A stretch of 24,809 bases of DNA from Nitrospira japonica. Its GTDB lineage: Bacteria; Nitrospirota; Thermodesulfovibrionia; Thermodesulfovibrionales; SM23-35. Both the position numbers and the translations under genes were made by a program. The stretch lies in contig DYFC01000011.1 in assembly GCA_020725385.1 (NCBI GenBank), positions 1 through 24,809 of the forward strand, written 5' to 3'. Shown one piece after another: positions 1 through 7,040 of the stretch. The notes under the pieces are model-generated. The model was not told the origin of the DNA. It was given only the letters and a program-made list of their open reading frames with translations, and did no database searches. Every line of letters begins with the position of its first letter. Position 1 is the stretch's first letter.

Positions 1-141
1 TGTAGGATCATCCAATGCGCTATTTACTTTTTTACCTGTGCTTAATCTTTCCTGTGTGCGGTTTAAAAGATCAACCGTGTGTTGAAGGCTTACAAGGTTT
101 GACCTCATACCAAGTGTTAAAGAAATGTCATTAATTGCCAT
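1..141 (-). CDS. fliC: Flagellin, N-terminal 47 aa (runs off the window edge; not in the ORF track)
   Basis: Manual translation of the reverse complement from ATG at 141-139 gives MAINDISLTLGMRSNLVSLQHTVDLLNRTQERLSTGKKVNSALDDPT, with the flagellin N-terminal motif ERLSTGKKVNSALDD. SD AAGGAG at 155-150 and a perfect sigma-28 promoter upstream. Confidence 0.88.
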   Translation of the reverse strand, partial: MAINDISLTLGMRSNLVSLQHTVDLLNRTQERLSTGKKVNSALDDPT

Positions 142-268
142 AATTTTTTCTCCTTTTCTGGATTTTAATTCCCAGCATTTCTTGCCGGTTGTTTTTACTA
201 ATTTTATGCTTATTTTTTATCCTCTATCTTCTTTCTATCATCCTCCTTTCTTTTCAGCCTTGAATTTT

Positions 269-295
269 TTATCGGCATATTTTTTAAAAACTTTA
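269..295 (-). promoter_or_regulatory. Sigma-28 (FliA) promoter of flagellin
   Basis: Minus strand reads TAAA-GTTTTTAAAAAATAT(15 nt)-GCCGATAA, an exact match to the TAAA-N15-GCCGATAA consensus including the extended TAAAGTTT -35. Confidence 0.9.
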
Positions 296-329
296 GAAAA
301 ATTTTATCGAAAATGATTTCACAAACGAT

Positions 330-357
330 TAAAGTTTTATATACATAATACCGATAA
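330..357 (+). promoter_or_regulatory. Probable sigma-28 promoter for 413..610 and downstream genes
   Basis: TAAA(330-333, within TAAAGTTT)-N16-ACCGATAA(350-357); one mismatch in -10; 16-nt spacer as in SigD-type promoters. Confidence 0.65.
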
Positions 358-412
358 TATTATCAGGGTAAAAAAAGAAGAATTTAATTAATAAGATGCA
401 GGAGGCAGGGAA

Positions 413-610
413 ATGAGTATTTTTCCATATCAAATTGGTGGAATTGTCAATCTTTACAATCGAATATCAAAAATCAATCCGGCAACTATAGTAGAAAAAG
501 AGAATGAAGAGCCTCAGGATGTTGTAAATATTTCTTCCGAGGCAAGAAAAAAGCAGATACTTGAAAAAGCCCGAAATGAAGTTATGGAGAGAATTAAGCA
601 TTCAGGTTAA
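413..610 (+). CDS. Small flagellar-regulon protein, DVU0524-family-like (FlgM-associated)
   Basis: SD AGGAGG upstream. 65 aa with an N-terminal I-x-x-YQI-x-x-I-V-x-x-Y pattern and a D-V-V-N-I-S-S-E-A-R-K motif of the FlgM-like 'D.v.iS.eA' type. Family recalled from memory, not searched. Confidence 0.6.
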   Translation: MSIFPYQIGGIVNLYNRISKINPATIVEKENEEPQDVVNISSEARKKQILEKARNEVMERIKHSG

Positions 611-658
611 TTTAAATAATTAAAGTTTTTATACGGAGAGAGAATTTTATATTTTTTG

Positions 659-1240
659 ATGAAAACTAAATTTAATTTTAAAATACTAATAGCAGATGAT
701 GATGAAATAGTAAGGGATGCAATAGGTTCTCTGCTAAAAGATGAAGGTTATTCTGTTATATCCGCACACGATGGTATCGATGCAATTAAGATATTAAGAG
801 TAGAAGATATAGATCTTGTGATAACAGACCTCAGAATGCCCGGAGCAGATGGATATGAAGTATTAAAATATTCTGTTAAAAATAATCCCGATACTGTAGT
901 TGTGATATTAACAGCATATGGAACACTTGATACAGCATTGAATGCCATAAAAGACGGAGCCTACGATTACCTGACAAAGCCTTTCAAAATACAGGAAATA
1001 ATGTTGCTTGTAGAAAAAATATATAGGAGAGCACAACTTATATATGAAAATCGTGAATTGAAGAAAAATTTAAGAGATGCATACAGGGATATTCAATTGA
1101 TAAGAACTGTTGTTAGAAGTAATAATCCTGATTTGATATCCGAATGGATTAATAAAATAGAAAATCTTCGGGCGTCAAACATAATTACACATCAGGATGC
1201 GGAAATACTAAAGGAAAGGTTAATTAGAGGTAATGAATAA
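659..1240 (+). CDS. Response regulator: canonical receiver plus coiled coil and SHOCT-like tail, no recognisable DNA-binding domain
   Basis: ILIADDD, DLVITD(phospho-site)LRMPGADG, ILTAYG, DYLTKPF. ATG at 659 preferred over TTG at 656; stop overlaps the next gene. Confidence 0.88.
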   Translation: MKTKFNFKILIADDDEIVRDAIGSLLKDEGYSVISAHDGIDAIKILRVEDIDLVITDLRMPGADGYEVLKYSVKNNPDTVVVILTAYGTLDTALNAIKDGAYDYLTKPFKIQEIMLLVEKIYRRAQLIYENRELKKNLRDAYRDIQLIRTVVRSNNPDLISEWINKIENLRASNIITHQDAEILKERLIRGNE

Positions 1241-2723
1241 TCCAAAAGTTCTTATAGTGGATGATGATCCAATGATCCGTGATGCACTTGCAGAGATTCT
1301 TTCAAGCATTGGGGGGTATAATACAGAAATAGCAGTAAATGGATCTGAAGGTATTAAGAAAATAAAAGATAATAAATATGATATTGTTTTTACAGATCTG
1401 ACCATGCCAAATATTACCGGTATGGATTTGCTCAAGGAGGCAAAGAAGGTCAATTCAGATATACCGGTGGTTGTCATTACAGGGTATTCAACTATAGAAA
1501 ATGCTGTAGCCGCTATGAGGGAAGGTGCTTATGATTTTGTTACAAAGCCTTTTAAGATTGAAAAAGTGATTTCTCTCGCTGATAAGATTATTGGTGAAAA
1601 ACAGCTTTTAGATGCAATTACGATTAAAAATGACCAGAAAGCGTCATTAGAAAAATTAAACGCGGAACTCTTTAGCAAACTTCAGGAGATCAGTGTTTTT
1701 CAGACTCTGTCCACCGAACTTGACGGGCTACATAGTAACCGTGAGATATATGAAAAAATCGTAGGTATGGTAACAAGACTCTTTGTCGTAAAAGAAGCCT
1801 CATTCGGTCTTATTGAAAATGGTACATTAAAAATAAAAAGCTCTATAGGTGTAAAAAAAGGTAATATACCTATTAAGAGTACATTGTTCGAGAAGGTAGT
1901 GTCTTCAAAAAATTATTATATAGCAAAATGCGGGGAAATAAATCCCCATACGGGCACTATCATAAAAACATATTTTCTCTCAATTCCCTTGAGTCTGAAT
2001 AATGAGGTTTTCGGGATACTTAATCTTGCTGAAAAATCTGATGGTTTAGGATTTTCAGAGGATGAAATATATCTTGCACTTAATTTTGCTAAAAAAGCTG
2101 CTTTAAGGATTGAAAATAATGCCCTTTATGATGTTTTATATAACAATCTGGTTAGTGCATTAAAATCACTTGTAATAACTATAGAGGCAAGGGATCCTTA
2201 TACAAGACATCATTCAGAAAGGGTGACAGCATATTCGCTTGAAATTGCAGAAATTATGGGTTTATCCGAGAATGATAAAGAGGCTATAAGATTCGGTGGT
2301 TATCTTCATGATATAGGGAAGATAGGTGTGAGGGATACGGTATTACTTAAACCAGACAGGTTGACCGATGAAGAAATTGAGGAGATCAGACAGCATACTG
2401 TTATTGGTGATAATATTATGAAGCCGTTAAAATTTTTTGAAAAAGAAAAGCCCATTATAAGAAATCATCATGAGAAATTTGATGGTACCGGGTATCCTGA
2501 TGGTCTAAAAGGCGAAGAAATACCTCTAATCGTTAGAATAATTGCCCTTGCAGACTCATACGATGCAATGACATCTTCAAGACCTTACAGAAAAGCAAGG
2601 TCTCATGAATATGCTCTTGAGGAAATGGTAAGATGTTCTAATACCCAGTTTGATCCTGAAGTAGTTAAGGCATTTTTGAATACACCCTGTATAAAAAGCA
2701 AAGGAATCTGGATTTTGAATTAA
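1233..2723 (+). CDS. REC-GAF-HD-GYP cyclic di-GMP phosphodiesterase response regulator
   Basis: Intact REC (VDDD, FTDLTMP, VITGY, TKPF); GAF-like segment (LSIPL..VFGILNL..F...E...ALNFAKKAALRIEN); HD-GYP motifs RDPYTRHHSERV, LHDIGK, HHEKFDGTGYPDGL, ADSYDAMTSSRPYR. Confidence 0.92.
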   Translation: MNNPKVLIVDDDPMIRDALAEILSSIGGYNTEIAVNGSEGIKKIKDNKYDIVFTDLTMPNITGMDLLKEAKKVNSDIPVVVITGYSTIENAVAAMREGAYDFVTKPFKIEKVISLADKIIGEKQLLDAITIKNDQKASLEKLNAELFSKLQEISVFQTLSTELDGLHSNREIYEKIVGMVTRLFVVKEASFGLIENGTLKIKSSIGVKKGNIPIKSTLFEKVVSSKNYYIAKCGEINPHTGTIIKTYFLSIPLSLNNEVFGILNLAEKSDGLGFSEDEIYLALNFAKKAALRIENNALYDVLYNNLVSALKSLVITIEARDPYTRHHSERVTAYSLEIAEIMGLSENDKEAIRFGGYLHDIGKIGVRDTVLLKPDRLTDEEIEEIRQHTVIGDNIMKPLKFFEKEKPIIRNHHEKFDGTGYPDGLKGEEIPLIVRIIALADSYDAMTSSRPYRKARSHEYALEEMVRCSNTQFDPEVVKAFLNTPCIKSKGIWILN

Positions 2724-2726
2724 ACT

Positions 2727-4196
2727 ATGGAACAGACAATACTTTTTGTTATAGATAAGCCCATCAGAAAAAATCTTCTTACAAAGATTTTCAAAAATCA
2801 TGGTGATCCCTCGCAACTTATATTTACGAATAATGCTGAATCGGGAATTAAGATAGTAAAGAAAAACAATGTAAAAGCTATTTTTGTAGGTGAACAATTG
2901 CCGGATATGGATGGATATGAATTCATCAATAAAATTAAAAAGATAAATCCTGTGCCTGTTATTCTTGTTTTTGAAGAACATAATGAAACAAAAGTAAGTG
3001 AAGCGATAAAAAAAGGGGCACTCGATTGTGTAATCAGAAATACAAGGTCTTTTTATGCATACCCTTTTGTTCTCGATCGTGCAATCGCAAGGTATGAACT
3101 TGAAATAGAAAGAAGTGAAAGAGAGAATATAATTAGTGAAAGCCAGAAATTATGGGTTGCGGTGATTGATGGAATAAAAGATTATATCTTTATTATTGAT
3201 GATGAATCGAAAATATTCAGAGCAAATAAAGCATTATCCGATATATTTAATAAACATCCAAAAGATTTAATTGGAATAAGTCTTTCAGGTCTTTTTGGTG
3301 ATGATAATGCAAAAATTCTTATTAAAATCGGGTTTGATGGTGTACCGAAGACCGAAGAAAAGACAATTTTAGGCCAGCAATATTTAGTAAGTGCCTTCCC
3401 TTTCAAATATAAAGATAGAGATTTTACTATTTATGTAATGAAAAATATTTCGGAGATGCAGAGACTTAAAGAACAACTATATAATTCCTATAAACTTGCT
3501 TCCTTAGGATTATTAATATCAGGCATTGCACATGAAATAAACAATCCAATTGCAGGAATTATAACTTATGCAGAGTTATTAAAAATGAAGACACAGGATG
3601 ATAAAATTACCGGAGGACTCCAGAAGATATTAAACGGAGCCGAGCGCTGTAAGCATATTATAGAGAACCTGCTTACGTTTTCAAGACAAAAAACTCCTTC
3701 CCGTACTCTCGAATCTGTGAATGATATTATAGATCGTACTATTGAGCTTAGAAGTTACTGGCTTAAGAAATATAATATCGAGATTGTTAAAAAGTATCAT
3801 GAAATTCCTTATACTTTGGTTGATCCCCAGCAATTTCAGTTAGTCATACTTAATATTCTTTTAAATGCAGAGCAAGCAATAATTGATTCAGGGGTTGAGA
3901 AGGGAAGTGTATTGTTTGAAACTATTTTTGATGATAATAATAATAAAATAATAATTAATATATCCGATAACGGGCATGGAATACCACAGAATATTATTTC
4001 AAAAATATTCGATCCTTTTTTTACGACAAAACCTGTTGGTACAGGAACCGGACTCGGGCTATCAATTGCACATGGAATAATAACAGAGCATGGCGGTTTA
4101 ATAAAAGTTGAAAGTAAAAAAGATGAAGGAACCACTTTTATAATTGAATTGCCTTATGAAAAACACAGTAGAGAAAATGTTCGGATAATAACTTGA
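2727..4196 (+). CDS. Cytoplasmic histidine kinase: degenerate N-terminal receiver, PAS, HisKA, HATPase_c
   Basis: H-box ISGIAHEINNP, N-box VILNILLNAEQA, G1 DNGHG, F-box IFDPFFTTK, G2 GTGLGL; PAS start VIDGIKDYIFIIDDESKIFRANKA; no TM helix seen. Confidence 0.92.
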   Translation: MEQTILFVIDKPIRKNLLTKIFKNHGDPSQLIFTNNAESGIKIVKKNNVKAIFVGEQLPDMDGYEFINKIKKINPVPVILVFEEHNETKVSEAIKKGALDCVIRNTRSFYAYPFVLDRAIARYELEIERSERENIISESQKLWVAVIDGIKDYIFIIDDESKIFRANKALSDIFNKHPKDLIGISLSGLFGDDNAKILIKIGFDGVPKTEEKTILGQQYLVSAFPFKYKDRDFTIYVMKNISEMQRLKEQLYNSYKLASLGLLISGIAHEINNPIAGIITYAELLKMKTQDDKITGGLQKILNGAERCKHIIENLLTFSRQKTPSRTLESVNDIIDRTIELRSYWLKKYNIEIVKKYHEIPYTLVDPQQFQLVILNILLNAEQAIIDSGVEKGSVLFETIFDDNNNKIIINISDNGHGIPQNIISKIFDPFFTTKPVGTGTGLGLSIAHGIITEHGGLIKVESKKDEGTTFIIELPYEKHSRENVRIIT

Positions 4197-4305
4197 ATCC
4201 TTGAAGAATAAAAAAACTTTCAAATATCCAGAATATATTTACAAATATCTTCATCCAAATTATAAAAATGCTTAAATTATATACAAAAAAATATTCATTA
4301 GAAAC

Positions 4306-4332
4306 TAAAAAAATATCCTAAAAAGACGATAA
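4306..4332 (+). promoter_or_regulatory. Probable sigma-28 promoter of motAB
   Basis: TAAA(4306-4309)-N15-GACGATAA(4325-4332); one mismatch to GCCGATAA; 23 nt upstream of the motA ATG. Confidence 0.7.
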
Positions 4333-4355
4333 AAGATTAAACAGGAAAATAACGA

Positions 4356-5210
4356 ATGTTATCATTTATAGGAATAGCTGTAGTTATTGTATGTGTGATT
4401 GGGGGGTTCCTTATGGAAAAAGGAAACCTTCACGTTTTGTTTCAGCCTGCCGAATTTGTAATTATTTTTGGAGCTGTTATAGGAGCCTTATTAATTTCTT
4501 CACCTATGAAAGTTGTTAAAGCTGTTCTAAAAAGCATTATTAATGTTTTCACTTCAAAGGATCATAGCAAAGAAAGACATATAGAATTACTGACATTGTT
4601 ATATAAGCTTTTTTCGAAAATAAGAAAGGAAGGATTAATATCGATTGAGTCGGATATAGAAGACCCGTCAAAAAGTACTATTTTTAAACAATATAAAAGT
4701 GTTCTCGAAAGCAAGAATCATCTTAATTTCATATGTGATAACCTAAAGGTGATTATAACTACAAATGTACCGCCGCATGAACTTGACAATCTTATGGATC
4801 TTGAAATAGAAACAAGATTCCATGAAGCAATGATTCCTTCAAAAACTGTTGCCAAAATAGCTGATTCTTTACCGGGTCTTGGTATTGTTGCTGCTGTTCT
4901 TGGAGTTGTCTTGACAATGGGCAAGATTGATCAACCACCATCTGTTCTCGGACATAGTGTTGGTGCAGCACTGGTTGGAACTTTTCTTGGAGTACTTATG
5001 TCTTATGGCTTTGTAGGTCCAATGGCTGCAAAAATAGAACATCAAGTCGCAGAAGAAGACACTTTATACAAAGTAATTAAGATTGCTATTGTTGCGTTTG
5101 TTGGAGGGTCTCCACCACAAATGGCTGTCGAGTTTGGTAGAAGAGCAATTTCAGGGCATGAAAGACCTACATTTGATGAACTTGAAAAAGCTGTAAGAGG
5201 TAAAAAATAA
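4356..5210 (+). CDS. motA: Flagellar motor stator protein MotA
   Basis: Four hydrophobic segments; KIRKEGLISIESDIE carries the Arg90/Glu98 equivalents; PGLGIVAAVLGVV and GTFLGVLMSYGFVGP carry the conserved prolines. Confidence 0.96.
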   Translation: MLSFIGIAVVIVCVIGGFLMEKGNLHVLFQPAEFVIIFGAVIGALLISSPMKVVKAVLKSIINVFTSKDHSKERHIELLTLLYKLFSKIRKEGLISIESDIEDPSKSTIFKQYKSVLESKNHLNFICDNLKVIITTNVPPHELDNLMDLEIETRFHEAMIPSKTVAKIADSLPGLGIVAAVLGVVLTMGKIDQPPSVLGHSVGAALVGTFLGVLMSYGFVGPMAAKIEHQVAEEDTLYKVIKIAIVAFVGGSPPQMAVEFGRRAISGHERPTFDELEKAVRGKK

Positions 5211-5250
5211 TGGTTCTTCTCCAATAAAGTTGCTGAATAAGTAAACAAAC

Positions 5251-5333
5251 TGTCATTCCCCGACTTGATCGGGGAATCCAGAAAATATAAAAAATTATAA
5301 AGAAACTGGATTCCCGCTTTTGCGGGAATGACA
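5251..5333. repeat. REP-like composite palindromic element (two ATTCCC..GGGAAT hairpins in inverted arrangement)
   Basis: Terminal IR TGTCATTCCC(5251-5260)/GGGAATGACA(5324-5333); inner IR GGGAATCCAG(5272-5281)/CTGGATTCCC(5306-5315); AT-rich linker between the units. Confidence 0.88.
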
Positions 5334-5419
5334 CAGGAAGTTTTTACAAGAGTGTCAAAAGAGAGTTTTAGAGCAACTAAATTGGAGAAGAACCAAAATA
5401 ATTGTTTTGAAGAGGTGTC

Positions 5420-6181
5420 ATGAAAGATAAGGCAATAGTAATAAAAAAAGTGATTAAAAAAGCTCATGTAGAAGAACATGGAGGTTCATGGAAAGTAGCT
5501 TATGCTGATTTTATTACTGCATTGATGGCTTTTTTCCTTCTGATGTGGCTTATTACTATGGTTTCACCCGAAAAAAGAGCAAGAGTTGCAGCATATTTCA
5601 AACATTTTACGATATTTAGTGAAAGCGGTCAGTCTTTTATGGATAAGTCAAGTGAGGTATTTAATGAATCGGGTGAATCTTCAAAAAAAGTTCCACACGA
5701 AATGCAAGGGACTTTTAATGTTAAGCCCGAGGAATTTAGAGCTGTGCTCGGACAGGCAATAAATGAAAAATTAAGTGATATAAAAGATCAGATTATGGTC
5801 GAAGTTTTTGATGGTGGAATAAGAATTCAACTTATAGATCAGGAAGGAAAACCAATGTTTGACAGTGGTTCTTCAAAGCCAACTCCTCTTGCACAAAGGA
5901 TTCTTGCTGTTATTGGGGACAGCATAAAATATTTGCCCAATCAAATAGCTATTGAAGGACATACAGATTCTGTAGGGTTTAAAAAGTTCAATTATAGTAA
6001 CTGGGACCTTTCTACAGAAAGAGCTCTTGCTGCTAAAAAAGAGCTTGAGAAAAATGGTTTAGATTCATCACATTTAACAAAAGTAGCTGGTTATGCAGAT
6101 ACAGAACCTTTAATTAAAGAAGACCCGAGCGATCCCCGTAATAGAAGAATAAGTGTAATTCTCTTGTTTCCTAAAACATAA
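5420..6181 (+). CDS. motB: Flagellar motor stator protein MotB
   Basis: HGGSWKVAYADFITALMAFFLLMWL with the ion-binding Asp; OmpA-like peptidoglycan-binding domain (IEGHTD, NWDLSTERA, RNRRI); SD GAGGTG. Confidence 0.96.
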   Translation: MKDKAIVIKKVIKKAHVEEHGGSWKVAYADFITALMAFFLLMWLITMVSPEKRARVAAYFKHFTIFSESGQSFMDKSSEVFNESGESSKKVPHEMQGTFNVKPEEFRAVLGQAINEKLSDIKDQIMVEVFDGGIRIQLIDQEGKPMFDSGSSKPTPLAQRILAVIGDSIKYLPNQIAIEGHTDSVGFKKFNYSNWDLSTERALAAKKELEKNGLDSSHLTKVAGYADTEPLIKEDPSDPRNRRISVILLFPKT

Positions 6182-6218
6182 ATTACAATTTTCACGTTGT
6201 TTTTATCATGGTTTAATT

Positions 6219-7019
6219 CTATTTAAAACTATGTTCTTCAGAAGGGAATATTCCCTGTTCTACCTCAACCTTATATAAACTTATTGCTTTTAAAGCTTCT
6301 TCTTTTAGATTTACATAGCGTTTTGCAAATTTCGGGAGAAATCTTTCATATAGTCCAAGAAGATCATGAAGAACCAATACCTGTCCATCACAATGAGGAC
6401 CTGCTCCAATACCAATAGTTGGAATTGACAATTCATTGGTAATTGTTTCTGCAACATGCATCGGTACAGCTTCGAGAACTATAGAAAAAGCTCCTGCATC
6501 TTCAGCAATACGGGCCTCTTCAATTAGTCTTTTGGCAGCATCTTGTGTTTTGCCTTGAACTTTGAATCCCCCCATTTTATGAATAGCTTGTGGCGTAAGT
6601 CCAATATGTGCCATGACAGGAATATCCGATTTAATCAACGATTTAATAAGATCGGAAAAATCTGCTGCTCCTTCAATTTTTACAGCAGATGCTCCAGCTT
6701 CTTTAAGAAATCTTCCAGCATTCTTAACACCTTCCTCTATACTTGTCTGGTATGACATAAAAGGAAGATCTCCGACAACCATAGCATTCTTTACTCCTCT
6801 TGATACAATTTTAGTATGGTAAATCATTTCATCCATTGTAACAGGCAATGTGTTATCAAGTCCCTGAACTACCATACCAACCGAGTCCCCAACAAGAATT
6901 ATATCTATTCCGGATTCGTCCACGATTTTTGCAAATGGGAAATCATAAGCTGTTAACATTGTTATTTTTTGTCCCATGCTTTTCTTTTTCATAAGGTCAA
7001 CAATTGTGATTTTTGACAT
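6219..7019 (-). CDS. panB: 3-methyl-2-oxobutanoate hydroxymethyltransferase
   Basis: [37 protein letters not shown] motifs; SD AAGGAGGT. Confidence 0.97.
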   Translation of the reverse strand: MSKITIVDLMKKKSMGQKITMLTAYDFPFAKIVDESGIDIILVGDSVGMVVQGLDNTLPVTMDEMIYHTKIVSRGVKNAMVVGDLPFMSYQTSIEEGVKNAGRFLKEAGASAVKIEGAADFSDLIKSLIKSDIPVMAHIGLTPQAIHKMGGFKVQGKTQDAAKRLIEEARIAEDAGAFSIVLEAVPMHVAETITNELSIPTIGIGAGPHCDGQVLVLHDLLGLYERFLPKFAKRYVNLKEEALKAISLYKVEVEQGIFPSEEHSFK

Positions 7020-7040
7020 AAAAAGACCTCCTTCAAATAT

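Noticed and set aside
125-316. 63-aa plus-strand ORF
   Set aside because: Phe-rich antisense translation of the flagellin leader and promoter; overlaps the flagellin start; no SD.
621-648. Third TAAAGTTTT resembling a sigma-28 -35
   Set aside because: No GCCGATAA-like -10 at 15-16 nt (the sequence there is GAGAATTT).
4221-4249. CAAATATC direct repeat 21 bp apart upstream of motA
   Set aside because: Only 8 bp in very AT-rich DNA; not distinguishable from chance without comparative data.
5251-5333. Possible CRISPR mini-array or intrinsic terminator
   Set aside because: Units are inverted rather than direct, only two are present, there are no cas genes and no U-tract follows.
5042-5479. 145-aa minus-strand ORF containing VIPAKAGIQ
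   Set aside because: That peptide is just the translation of the palindromic repeat; the ORF is antisense to motA and motB.
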